64,000 nucleotides of DNA, from assembly GCA_050331735.1 (NCBI GenBank), contig JBHJGN010000039.1:39624-103623 (forward strand), given 5' to 3'. Shown here in pieces: positions 47,954 through 57,400 of this stretch. The position numbers and the translations under genes are program-made. How positions within the stretch are numbered: the stretch's first letter is position 1; every line of letters starts with the position of its first letter. The notes beneath the pieces were generated by a model, which had not been told where the DNA came from, searched no databases, and saw nothing but the letters and a program-made list of their open reading frames with translations. Source of the DNA: Cyanophyceae cyanobacterium. GTDB taxonomy: Bacteria > Cyanobacteriota > Cyanobacteriia > Cyanobacteriales > JBHJGN01.

Positions 47954-48126
47954 TTAGGTGTCAGCCCAGCAGAAGATGACGATTGTTTAAACTGCTGCGT
48001 TGCCTCTCGAGCACAGGGGAACTTGAGTGCTTGAGGGGGATCGGGACGACGAGGCGATCGCGCCAACGTCGTTCCTTTGACTCAACGAATGGAACCAGCC
48101 GACTACTATCAACTCGCTCTGTTTTC

Positions 48127-48161
48127 AGGATAGGAAAAAAGTTTGAGGAACTTGTGAGGAA
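48127..48161 (-). promoter_or_regulatory. L-box-like direct repeat + -10 (site D), towards lon operon
   Basis: Minus strand TTCCTCA-CAAG-TTCCTCA, 11 nt, TATCCT. Confidence 0.78.
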
Positions 48162-48439
48162 CGATCTAACTCGGCGCAGATTTTTAGTCTTTCAGACTGT
48201 TACCAGTTGCTGTTTTCTGCACCAGGCTTGAGGACTCATTTGCACCGGATCGAAAGGACTACTTAATGGGGGTGTATCGCTCAAATCTAAACGTTCTACA
48301 TCTGCTACCTTCATCCCGTAATACAAAGCCGTCGCAAAAATATCGATTCGTTTAGCAACTTCCCCTTGATAACTACTAGAGCGATACTCTTCGTTCTGCG
48401 CTGACTAATTCCCAGGCCCTATCAGTCAACCGGTTTAGC

Positions 48440-48474
48440 TTACTCACAACTTCCTCATATTCTTTTTCTAGGCT
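48440..48474 (+). promoter_or_regulatory. L-box-like direct repeat + -10 (site E), towards heme peroxidase
   Basis: TTACTCA-CAAC-TTCCTCA, 11 nt, TAGGCT. Confidence 0.7.
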
Positions 48475-48760
48475 ATATGTATAGAAAAATACAGACAAAA
48501 TAGTTCTGATGGTATCTATTTGCTGAACGTGTTTTAAGTCATCTGGGAATGGTGCAACGCTTGCATAGATCCTGGTTACCAATACCTACAAGATTAATAG
48601 CTGGAGTTTGGTCGCGCAGAACCCATCTATAGAGGAAAACTCAGATGTTTATACGCCCCGCCCGTTGTCTGACGGCAGGGTTCCTGTAACCTTCACCCAA
48701 GGCGACGGGGAAGCCCGCTCCTCACAGAAGATGCTGCTTCACCAATGACTCAGAACGTAC

Positions 48761-48794
48761 AATCCCCCGGATGCGCACCGTGGGGATGAGTTAA
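48761..48794 (+). mobile_element. IS200/IS605-type right-end-like hairpin (orphan)
   Basis: AATCCCCCGG-ATGCGCA-CCGTGGGGATGAGTTAA; related copy at 52153-52185 on the minus strand. Confidence 0.5.
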
Positions 48795-48839
48795 ACACCT
48801 AATCCTTTCGCTAGCAAGGGTACTCTTGCTATCTCAGCC

Positions 48840-51419
48840 ATGATTGAAGTAAGAACAATAGACGGCTCTGAAAATAATCAGCTTAATCCTTCTTGGGGAG
48901 AAGCGAACACGCAGCTACTGCGGCTGACCTCGCCTGCTTACCAGGATGGACACTCGGTCCCGCGCGGAGGCGACCCCAGTACGCTGCCCAGCCCGCGAGC
49001 CATTAGCAATGCCGTAGCTCAGCAACCTGGTTCGATTACCAATGCGATTAACGCAAGCGATTGGCTTTGGCAGTGGGGACAATTTATCGACCACGACCTC
49101 GATTTAATAACAGTCGCTGAGCCGAAGGAGCCTTTCAATATTCCCGTTCCTCAAGGCGATCGCTTTTTCGATCCGGATGGAACGGGCCATCAAGAAATTC
49201 CCCTCAACCGCTCTGTGTCTGAGAGCGATGCAGACGGAGTGCGTCAGCAGCTCAATGAAATTACGGCCTACATCGATGCCTCGATGGTGTACGGCTCTGA
49301 TGAAGAACGAGCCGACTTTTTGCGAGCTAACGACGGAACGGGGAAACTCAAAGTCAGCGACGATAACCTCCTGCCGTTCAACACGGCTCAATTGCCCAAT
49401 GACGGGGGAGACGATGCCAATCTGTTTATTGCGGGCGATGTTCGCGCCAACGAACAGGTTGGCCTCACCGCTGTTCATACCCTGTTTGTCCGGGAACATA
49501 ATCGCCTTGCCGCAGAAATTGCGGCTGATCCCGAACTGGCTCAGAAAGCGACAGCGGCAGATCTTAGCGAGGAAGACTATATTTACCAAACAGCCCGCAA
49601 GCTTGTTGGAGCCCAGATACAGGCCATCACCTACAATGAGTTTTTGCCTCTGTTGCTTGGCAATACTGCTCTTGAGCCTTACGACGGCTACGATGCCACC
49701 GTCAATGCGAGCATCGGTAATGAATTTTCCACCGCTGCCTACCGGGTGGGACATACCATGCTCTCGCCCAATCTTTTACGCATCAGCGATGATGGAACGG
49801 ATGCGGGCAGTATCGAGCTGAAAAACGCCTTTTTTAATCCTCAGCTCATTAGAGACGAGGGCATCGACACTCTGCTCTACGGACTCGCCTCTCAGCCGGC
49901 TCAGGCCATTGATCCTTTCATTGTGGATGATGTCCGCAATTTCCTGTTTGGTCCTCCCGGCTCAGGGGGGTTCGATCTGGCAGCGCTTAACATTCAGCGG
50001 GGACGAGATCACGGTCTTCCCAGCTATAATGAGGTGCGCCAGGGTCTCGGTTTAGAAGCGGTTGACAGCTTTGACGAGCTTACGAGCGAGCCGTCGATCG
50101 CTGCCAAACTAGCGAGTGTTTACCACAGCGTCGAGGAAGTTGACCTGTGGGTAGGCGGACTCGCCGAAGATGCCGTCAGCGGTAGCTTAGTCGGAGAAAC
50201 CTTCCAGGAGCTCCTGGTCGATCAATTCTCGCGGTTGCGGGACGGCGATCGCTTTTTCTATCTCAACGATTCCGATGTCCGCACTTTTGCTCCCGATATC
50301 GAAAGCACGACTCTCTCCCAGATTATTCAACGCAATACCCCGACGGGTTTTACCATCCAAGAGCAGGCTTTTCTGGTGCCGGAGCTTGCTGTAGAGTTTG
50401 TTGACAGTGACGGCGAAACGCTGGAATATGCTGTCACGCTGTCGGATGTTAGCAGCGCGATTGTGACAGTAGACTACCGCACCACCGCTGGCACCGCGAC
50501 TGCCGGAGAAGACTATACTGCCGTCAGCGGTTCTCTGCGCTTTGATCCGGGAGAAACCACTCAGATAGTTACCGTTAATCTGAGCAACGACTCGGTACTC
50601 AACGATAACGCCACGGTCTTCTTAGCTCTCAGCAACGCTAGTCAGCAAGCCATTGCTCAGGAATTGGCGGTCTCTAGACCCACGGTGGCTCGCGAAATTA
50701 GTGGGAGTGCTGCTGACGACTTTCTCAAAGGACACTTCGGTAGCGACTCGCTGGCGGGATTGGACGGCGATGACCGACTCTTTGGTAAGGGGGACGATGA
50801 CTTTCTCCGTGGCGGCAATGGCGATGATACCCTCAAGGGGGGTTGGGGCAATGATACTCAACTCGGCGATGACGGTAACGACCAGCTCAAGGGCAATTCT
50901 GGTCACGATACCCAGCTTGGTGGCGCTGGCAATGATACCCTCAAAGGGGGCTGGGGCCATGATACTCAACTCGGCGGCGATGGCAACGACCAGCTCAGGG
51001 GCAATTCTGGTCACGATACCCAGCTTGGTGGCGCTGGCAATGACACCCTCAAAGGGGGCTGGGGCCATGATACGTTGACGGGGGCTGGCGCACTCGGCGT
51101 TGGGGAAATCGACGAGCTTATTGGCAATAGCGGTAACGATACTTTTGTGTTGGGAGATGCAGACAGCGTTTTTTACGCCGGCCAAGGCATTTTTGACTAT
51201 GCTTTGCTCTCCGACTTCCGCGCCAACCGAGATACCATTCAGCTTCACGGTCTGAAGGAAAACTACGTGCTCGGTGCTGCTGAGGCTGGCTTACCCAAGG
51301 GAACTGGTTTGTACTTGGATGTAGACGGCTCTCAAAGCCTAACCCTGGGCACTGACGAGCTCATTGCTGTTTCTACTCGAACGATCTCTAATTTTGAGAG
51401 CGGATTTGTGTTCGTTTAA
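48840..51419 (+). CDS. Heme peroxidase (peroxidase-cyclooxygenase superfamily) + Calx-beta + RTX repeats
   Basis: RTIDGSENN; WGQFIDHDLD; GDVRANEQ; YRVGHTML; NIQRGRDHG; RLRDGDRF; Calx-beta (GTATAGEDY); GGxGND nonapeptides. Confidence 0.94.
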   Translation: MIEVRTIDGSENNQLNPSWGEANTQLLRLTSPAYQDGHSVPRGGDPSTLPSPRAISNAVAQQPGSITNAINASDWLWQWGQFIDHDLDLITVAEPKEPFNIPVPQGDRFFDPDGTGHQEIPLNRSVSESDADGVRQQLNEITAYIDASMVYGSDEERADFLRANDGTGKLKVSDDNLLPFNTAQLPNDGGDDANLFIAGDVRANEQVGLTAVHTLFVREHNRLAAEIAADPELAQKATAADLSEEDYIYQTARKLVGAQIQAITYNEFLPLLLGNTALEPYDGYDATVNASIGNEFSTAAYRVGHTMLSPNLLRISDDGTDAGSIELKNAFFNPQLIRDEGIDTLLYGLASQPAQAIDPFIVDDVRNFLFGPPGSGGFDLAALNIQRGRDHGLPSYNEVRQGLGLEAVDSFDELTSEPSIAAKLASVYHSVEEVDLWVGGLAEDAVSGSLVGETFQELLVDQFSRLRDGDRFFYLNDSDVRTFAPDIESTTLSQIIQRNTPTGFTIQEQAFLVPELAVEFVDSDGETLEYAVTLSDVSSAIVTVDYRTTAGTATAGEDYTAVSGSLRFDPGETTQIVTVNLSNDSVLNDNATVFLALSNASQQAIAQELAVSRPTVAREISGSAADDFLKGHFGSDSLAGLDGDDRLFGKGDDDFLRGGNGDDTLKGGWGNDTQLGDDGNDQLKGNSGHDTQLGGAGNDTLKGGWGHDTQLGGDGNDQLRGNSGHDTQLGGAGNDTLKGGWGHDTLTGAGALGVGEIDELIGNSGNDTFVLGDADSVFYAGQGIFDYALLSDFRANRDTIQLHGLKENYVLGAAEAGLPKGTGLYLDVDGSQSLTLGTDELIAVSTRTISNFESGFVFV
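50820..51075 (+). repeat. 108-bp tandem repeat (about 2.4 copies) encoding RTX nonapeptides
   Basis: Units start at 50820, 50928 and 51036 with near-identical DNA. Confidence 0.9.
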
Positions 51420-51594
51420 CTTTAGTAGAGTGGCGCTTAGCTTGTGGCAACGCCGTTACATCATCTCCTAATGTAGATGCTACACAAGTAGAGGAAATTG
51501 AAACCTTTCCCCTTTTCCCCGACTACGCATCGATCATTTCACTTTCTAGAATTGGGCGATGCTGATTCTTAGTTCTTCATAAAGATACAAAAGT

Positions 51595-51619
51595 AAAAGC
51601 CTTGCCTAGCAAGGCTTTT
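51595..51619. terminator. Bidirectional intrinsic terminator between peroxidase and hsp20
   Basis: AAAAGCCTTGC-CTA-GCAAGGCTTTT between convergent genes. Confidence 0.75.
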
Positions 51620-51703
51620 GCCGCATCCAATTGAGTTTGTTTTCCCATATTATTCGCTTAAGCTTAACCCGAACAAACTGTTCTCAATTAAGCGGATTGA
51701 TGA

Positions 51704-52027
51704 TTAATTTTGCTCTCGCTTAGGAATGATAACGATGAGGACACCGTTGATTAATTCTGCCTGTGCTTGCTCGGGTTGAATGGGGATCTCGATCGGAACA
51801 TGACACTGAAGACGGCCATAATGAAACTCTGAAGGAATAATTTCTTTCTCCGTTGGTTTGAATTGAGGATGAACTCCAGTAATAGATACCGAATCGGAAG
51901 TGACGTGAACATTCAAGTGCTTGCGCTCAACCCCGGGTACTTCTGCCTTGAGAATAAGAGTAGTATCAGTTTCGTTAAATTCAATTGCTGGACACCAGGT
52001 AGGCTCGTGTGTCATAACTACTGCCAT
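51704..52027 (-). CDS. Short Hsp20/alpha-crystallin protein
   Basis: WCPAIE..ET....ILKAEVPG...SEFHYG...AELINGVL. Confidence 0.88.
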   Translation of the reverse strand: MAVVMTHEPTWCPAIEFNETDTTLILKAEVPGVERKHLNVHVTSDSVSITGVHPQFKPTEKEIIPSEFHYGRLQCHVPIEIPIQPEQAQAELINGVLIVIIPKREQN

Positions 52028-52092
52028 AAAAGCTGCTTTCCTTGCTTGTGGTAATCGCCAGACATTAATTTGACTTGCTTGGCTTTCCTTTT

Positions 52093-52127
52093 AAAGTAAA
52101 GAAAGATTTTGAGGAACTTGTGAGGAA
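52093..52127 (-). promoter_or_regulatory. L-box-like direct repeat + -10 (site F), towards hsp20
   Basis: Minus strand TTCCTCA-CAAG-TTCCTCA, 11 nt, TACTTT. Confidence 0.8.
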
Positions 52128-52152
52128 AAGAATTTAGCTGAGCTACCTGTAA

Positions 52153-52185
52153 TTAACTCATGCCCACGCATAAGTACGGGGGATT
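52153..52185 (-). mobile_element. IS200/IS605-type right-end-like hairpin (orphan, copy 2)
   Basis: Minus strand AATCCCCCGTACTTATGCGTGGGCATGAGTTAA. Confidence 0.45.
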
Positions 52186-52349
52186 TCGTGTTATCAGTCC
52201 TTATCTGAAATCGCTTAGCATTGACGACAGATGTCAGCAAGGAGGCAGGGGGCAGCAGAGAGCAACCCTGCGCCTTTCTATTTTCCCCTCCCCCTTGCCC
52301 TCAATCCTCCGCTCTCTTGTCTGTAGAAAAAAGAACAAAGAGCCTAAAC

Positions 52350-52979
52350 TTAATCAGCCTCCCAGGTCCACGGATCGTAACGTTCTATTGTTTCTGCTTC
52401 TGGATTGACTTGGCAGTATTCCTCAAAGCCAGTTTTGTCTAAATTTTCTGCTTTGCGGTGGGCGGCCTCTGCCTGTAGTTCTTCCACAATATCCCAAGCC
52501 GCAGCGCATTCTGGCGAGTCTATTCCTTTCTGAGCACAGATTTTCCGGGCTTCTGCAATTTCTTGCTTAATTCTGCTTTCAAGAATTGGTGCCGATGGCT
52601 GTTCGACGAAGTTACTCCTCAGCAAGATGTCCGTGACTGAAATCACTCCTAACAGCGTTCCTTGAATAATCGGCGCTCTGCGAATCCCAGTATTGGCGAA
52701 TAGTCGCGCTACGCTTTCAATATTGAGGTCAGGGTTAACCACAATGCAGGGCTTAGTCATAATGTCGCAAACGCGTACCTGATGAGGATCTTTCCCAAAG
52801 GCCGCCACTTTATAGATAATGTCTGTTTCGGTCACGATTCCGTAGCTGTCGTTCTCGTTGAGCCGATTAACAATTAGAGATCTTAGGCCATTATTCCGCA
52901 TCAGGTTCACCGCTTCAGCAACGGTAGCAAAGCTGCGAATAGTGATGACCTTTTTCGACATAATATCTGCTGCTTTCAT
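52350..52979 (-). CDS. CBS-CP12 fusion protein
   Basis: Two CBS domains (GIVTETDI, IMTKPCI), then CP12 core C.....SPECAAAWDIVEELQAE and FEEYC..NPEA. Confidence 0.93.
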   Translation of the reverse strand: MKAADIMSKKVITIRSFATVAEAVNLMRNNGLRSLIVNRLNENDSYGIVTETDIIYKVAAFGKDPHQVRVCDIMTKPCIVVNPDLNIESVARLFANTGIRRAPIIQGTLLGVISVTDILLRSNFVEQPSAPILESRIKQEIAEARKICAQKGIDSPECAAAWDIVEELQAEAAHRKAENLDKTGFEEYCQVNPEAETIERYDPWTWEAD

Positions 52980-53224
52980 GTTTATTTCTTGAATCAATAT
53001 CTCTCTAGCCGCTACACCAGACATTATAAATAGCGGACGGTTTCAAACCAGTGCTAGTCTCGTTGGGGTTGAGCTGATTAAGCAGAGGAGCGGCTGAACC
53101 CTCAATCGTCACGACATCTGTCATTCTCACCCTTAGCCGATAGTAAAAGCTTTCCCCGCCGTTGGACAGAAGGAGGCGCTCTTCAAATGAGGTACAATTA
53201 GAATGTAGAAAATAGGAGAAGCCT

Positions 53225-53773
53225 TTGAGAAGGTCTAGAAGAAGCAAGCCAAGAAAGCCATTTAGGCAACCAGACAAACACTGCATTAACAAAAATATTA
53301 GAGCTGACCAAGTTAGAGTCATCGACGACAGCGGACAGCAAGTTGGCGTCAAACCGCTGCAAGAAGCATTGGTGCTAGCTAGAGAAGCGGAATTAGATTT
53401 GGTTGAAGTTGCTCCCGAGGCTTCACCCCCAGTTTGCAAGCTGATTGACTATGGAAAGTTCAAATACCGCCTGCAAAAGAGAGAAGCAGAAGCCAAGAAA
53501 AAGCAAACTGACAATACCGTTAAAGAGTTAAAAGTTAGATATTGTACAGATAGCGGCGACCTCAATACCAAGCTCAAGCACGCTCGCAAGTTTTTAGCGA
53601 ATGGTTGTAAAGTAAAGTTCTCGATGAGGTTTAGGGGACGAGAACGCGCCTTTGTGAATCTGGGTCGAGAAAAATTAGAGCAGATTGTTCAGCAGCTTTC
53701 TGACGTTGCTAACCTAGATGAACTCAGTTCTCAAAGTAAAAGCCAAATGCATGCTTTGCTAACGCCTAATTAA
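53225..53773 (+). CDS. infC: Translation initiation factor IF-3
   Basis: IN..IRA..VRVID, LDLVEV...PPVCKL.DYGKFKY, VKELK, FRGRE; TTG start after AGGAG. Confidence 0.93.
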   Translation: MRRSRRSKPRKPFRQPDKHCINKNIRADQVRVIDDSGQQVGVKPLQEALVLAREAELDLVEVAPEASPPVCKLIDYGKFKYRLQKREAEAKKKQTDNTVKELKVRYCTDSGDLNTKLKHARKFLANGCKVKFSMRFRGRERAFVNLGREKLEQIVQQLSDVANLDELSSQSKSQMHALLTPN

Positions 53774-53798
53774 GTCAAAAACTATCTTCAGCAAGCAC

Positions 53799-53827
53799 AA
53801 AACCGTTCTTAGGAGAACGGTTTTTTT
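53799..53827 (+). terminator. Intrinsic terminator after infC
   Basis: AAAACCGTTCT-TAGG-AGAACGGTTTT plus T run. Confidence 0.85.
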
Positions 53828-54136
53828 AGTGGGTCGAGGCGGCAATATGAAAACAAATTCTGAAAAGTAAAGCTATCAATGCATAGAGAGGATAAGGGGG
53901 AACGGTTTTAGCGCCCTCTTTATCCGTGTCGTATTTTCAGTGGGAAATGGAATAACATCTAGAATCAGAACTAGAGTGTAGGCCTTTTTTGCTGGCGCGA
54001 TCGCTGCCTGAATATCGTTGAACAAGCCGAGCTTTTCATTTGTGGTTGCGCCCACTCTTTGAGAAGGCTAAACTGCGCCGGATAGATCGTGAGCCTCGCT
54101 GCCGTAAGGGACAGTTGAACCGCTTGATCAAACCGA

Positions 54137-55252
54137 TCATTCCCTCTGCGGCTCTACCGAATCCTGATCATCCGATTCGTTCTTGTGGAGATGATTGTAG
54201 GCGGCTTCTGTAGCGACTCTGCCTCTAGGTGTACGGTTGATAAAGCCAATTTGCAATAAATAAGGTTCGTAGACATCCTCAATGGTTTTGGCATCTTCTC
54301 CGGTGGCGGCGGCGAGGGCTTCTAACCCCACAGGACCGCCCCGAAACTGCTCCATCATCGTGGTTAATACCAAGCGATCCGTCCAGTCTAAGCCTTGAGC
54401 ATCAACGTTAAACATATCTAGCGCTTGGGCGGCAAGTTCTTGGGTAATGGTCTCTGAGTTTTTGACCTGAGCGTAGTCCCGAACTCGTCTCAGCAGACGA
54501 TTGGCAATGCGGGGGGTTCCTCGAGAGCGACGGGCAATTTCTTCGGCTCCCTCTTGGGTCATGGGCGCTTTGAGGATTTCGGCAGAGCGCTGGACAATGA
54601 GCGTCAGTTCGTCCGGTTCGTAGAAGCGCAGCCGCTGAATGATGCCGAAACGATCGCGCAACGGAGACGTAAGCGACCCAATCTTAGTTGTGGCTCCCAC
54701 CAGCGTAAAGGGTGGCAGGGGAATACTGCGGGTTCTGGCACTTTGTCCTTTGCCGATGGTAATATCTAGTCTGCCGTCTTCCATCGCTGGATAGAGCAAC
54801 TCCTCTGTCATGCGGTTGAGGCGATGGATTTCGTCAATAAACAGAATATCTCCGGGCTTAAGGTTAATCAACAGTCCGGTGATATCTCGGGGTCGCTCTA
54901 GGGCCGGAGCCGCTGTAATTTTACAGTTGACCTCCATCTCTGCTGCCAGAATCAGGGACATGGTCGTTTTGCCTAGGCCTGGAGGACCGTAGAGTAAGAT
55001 ATGGTCGAGGGACTCTTTCCTGGCTTTAGCGGCTTCAATAGCAATTGCCAGGTACTCTTTGAGAGCTTTTTGCCCGATGTAGTCTGCTAGCCGACGCGGA
55101 CGAATGGGGTCTTCGCTATTGTCTGTTTCGTCGAGGGCAGCGGTTGCCAGCAGCAGCCCCTCATCCTCGGCTTGGGGGCGAGGGCGGCGATTCCGTTTTG
55201 CTTTTGAGGTGGGGAAGAGATTGAGTTGGTCAGAAGATCTTTTGATGGCCAT
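54137..55252 (-). CDS. ruvB: Holliday junction branch migration helicase RuvB
   Basis: [55 protein letters not shown]. Confidence 0.98.
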   Translation of the reverse strand: MAIKRSSDQLNLFPTSKAKRNRRPRPQAEDEGLLLATAALDETDNSEDPIRPRRLADYIGQKALKEYLAIAIEAAKARKESLDHILLYGPPGLGKTTMSLILAAEMEVNCKITAAPALERPRDITGLLINLKPGDILFIDEIHRLNRMTEELLYPAMEDGRLDITIGKGQSARTRSIPLPPFTLVGATTKIGSLTSPLRDRFGIIQRLRFYEPDELTLIVQRSAEILKAPMTQEGAEEIARRSRGTPRIANRLLRRVRDYAQVKNSETITQELAAQALDMFNVDAQGLDWTDRLVLTTMMEQFRGGPVGLEALAAATGEDAKTIEDVYEPYLLQIGFINRTPRGRVATEAAYNHLHKNESDDQDSVEPQRE

Positions 55253-55336
55253 TACGCGGAATTGAGTAAATGTTCCCTATTTGATCACGTCGTTTTGTTA
55301 ACTTTATTAATAAGCCTACAGTCTAGTAATTGTGCA

Positions 55337-56113
55337 ATGTTAGCTAAACGAATCTTACCGTGTCTGGATGTGAAGGCTGGACGGGTTGTTAAAGGAATTA
55401 ACTTTGTTGACCTCAAGGATGCTGGCAATCCGGTCGAACTAGCGAAGGTTTACAACGAGGCCGGGGCAGATGAGCTGGTCTTTCTAGATATTACGGCGAC
55501 TCACGAAGACCGGGATATTATTCTTGACGTGGTTTATCAGACAGCCGAACAGGTATTTATTCCGCTGACGGTCGGTGGCGGTATTCAATCCTTAGAGAAT
55601 ATTAAAAGTTTATTAAGAGCGGGGGCGGATAAAGTCAGCATTAATTCGGCTGCCGTTCGGAACCCAGATTTTGTTAATCGAGCCAGCGATCGCTTTGGAA
55701 AACAGTGTATCGTCGTAGCAATCGATGCTAGACGGCGCAAGGATTCCGGCAATCCTGGTTGGGATGTCTACGTGCGTGGAGGCCGGGAAAATACTGGACG
55801 GGATGCGGTAGCCTGGGCCAAAGAAGTGGAGCAGCGAGGGGCTGGGGAGCTGTTAATTACCAGTATGGATGCCGACGGAACCCAGGCAGGATACGATTTA
55901 GAGCTGACCAGCACCATCGCTGGTCAGGGAGAAATTCCGGTCGTTGCCTCTGGGGGAGCCGGGAACTGCCAGCACATTTACGAGGCCCTTACTTCGGGGG
56001 GGGCTGAAGCAGCGCTCTTAGCTTCCCTACTGCATTACGGGCAGTTGTCTGTTGCTGAAGTAAAAGGCTATCTTCAGGAGCGACAGGTTCCTGTCCGGCC
56101 TCTGTTTAGTTAG
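55337..56113 (+). CDS. hisF: Imidazole glycerol phosphate synthase subunit HisF
   Basis: [44 protein letters not shown]. Confidence 0.98.
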   Translation: MLAKRILPCLDVKAGRVVKGINFVDLKDAGNPVELAKVYNEAGADELVFLDITATHEDRDIILDVVYQTAEQVFIPLTVGGGIQSLENIKSLLRAGADKVSINSAAVRNPDFVNRASDRFGKQCIVVAIDARRRKDSGNPGWDVYVRGGRENTGRDAVAWAKEVEQRGAGELLITSMDADGTQAGYDLELTSTIAGQGEIPVVASGGAGNCQHIYEALTSGGAEAALLASLLHYGQLSVAEVKGYLQERQVPVRPLFS

Positions 56114-56201
56114 TAAATTTAACCTATTTTCGAGAGCAAATAGGGCCTCGCTCCCAGCCGAGTGTATATTAAAATAGATAAAGATTTACATTTTTTAAAA
56201 A

Positions 56202-56408
56202 ATGTTAGTAACAATATTAATTTTTGATGTTGCCCTTGTGGCGTGGTCACTGCACTTGATGCAGTCAGCTTTTGACAAGCAAGAATTTTCGCTGATGCTA
56301 GCAGGGACGCTAGTTGCTCTTTCCGCTGCCGCGATGATGGTGGTTTACTTTCTAATGAATCACTGCTTGGCGTATTTGTCTCAGCCAGCTTACTTACCCT
56401 ATCCCTAA
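56202..56408 (+). CDS. Small hypothetical membrane protein
   Basis: Two hydrophobic segments; LVAWSLHLM...EFSLMLAG. Confidence 0.7.
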   Translation: MLVTILIFDVALVAWSLHLMQSAFDKQEFSLMLAGTLVALSAAAMMVVYFLMNHCLAYLSQPAYLPYP

Positions 56409-56467
56409 AAGCATTTTTGGCTTGACCAAGATAAGCAGATTAAGCTATTGTAATAAATGCGCAACAA

Positions 56468-56540
56468 GGGGTTATAGCTCAGTTGGTAGAGCACCTCAAT
56501 GGCATTGAGGGGGTCAGCGGTTCGAATCCGCTTAGCTCCA
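56468..56540 (+). tRNA. tRNA-Ala (anticodon GGC)
   Basis: GGGGTTA acceptor; AGCTCAGTTGGTAGAGC D arm; CCTCA-ATGGCAT-TGAGG anticodon arm; GGTTCGAATCC; upstream TTGACC-N18-TATTGT. Confidence 0.97.
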
Positions 56541-56841
56541 TCTCCTTAGAGCGGCAGCTATTGCTGGAAGCATTATAATTCCGTGACGGCAAAAATCTGA
56601 TTCCAATGACGGATCAAGCTGTGGCGAGGAGCAGACGGATACACTTTTACCGATAAGTAGAGTATCTCGATTGCTTGATGTTGATATTTCCTCTGTTGTC
56701 AAATGATATCCAGAACACTTCTTGCTATCACACCTACATAGCATAATATCCAGAAAGGTTCTCGATATTGCCGATAATTTAGGCTGCAAACTGTTCCAAA
56801 TACAGCTAGGCTTGGTGGAATCAGTCTTGAGGGATTACAAA

Positions 56842-57325
56842 ATGCCAGGTCAAAACATCGGTTTAATCCAAAGTCTCTTCCAAAGTCGCTTAAACACGCA
56901 TTACGGCTGATATGCTTCCTTTCGGCACACAAATTGCTTTCACCTGCAATCAACCACGCAACTTTGCTCTGTGGTGTGACGGCCAGCCTGCTAATAATCT
57001 AGATCCAGACGTCGCATCTCTTAGGCAGGCATACGAGCATATAGCGAACACCAAAGAGCTTCTTTCAGGCATTAACGTTGAAGACGAAAAGCTAGCTGAG
57101 GTGACGCGCATTGACTTAGGTCAGAACCTCTGCGCTGAGCTGTCTGGGAGCGCCTATGTGGATGACTTTCTGATTCCCAACCTCTACTTCCATCTGGTCA
57201 CGGCTTACGATATTCTTCGCATGGCGGGTGTACCAATTGGAAAACGGGATTACATGATGCACTTAGTGCCCTTCGTCACGACATCAAAAATCGGGTTTCC
57301 GAATTCCCCATCTTCAGAGGAGTGA
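56842..57325 (+). pseudogene. DUF1993-family gene with internal deletion and frameshift
   Basis: GAGGG + ATG 56842 gives MPGQNIGLIQSLFQSRLNT and stops at 56910; another frame resumes RITADMLPFGTQI...PNLYFHLVTAYDILRMAGVPIGKRDY. Confidence 0.7.
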
Positions 57326-57400
57326 CTCAGAAACCCGGCTATCTAACTTTAATGTACTACCCTGGTTTGCCTCGCGATGTAGCCGACCTAACTCAGGTAA

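Noticed and set aside
49104..51248. Long alternative-frame ORFs (208-216 aa) over the peroxidase
   Set aside because: Antisense or shifted frames caused by codon bias and repeats; no family motifs.
51458..51561. Additional MITE with CATC...GATG ends
   Set aside because: Partial resemblance to the MITE ends, but TIRs are poor and there is no target duplication.
56468..57400. Integrative island at tRNA-Ala
   Set aside because: No integrase and no duplicated tRNA 3' end seen in the window.
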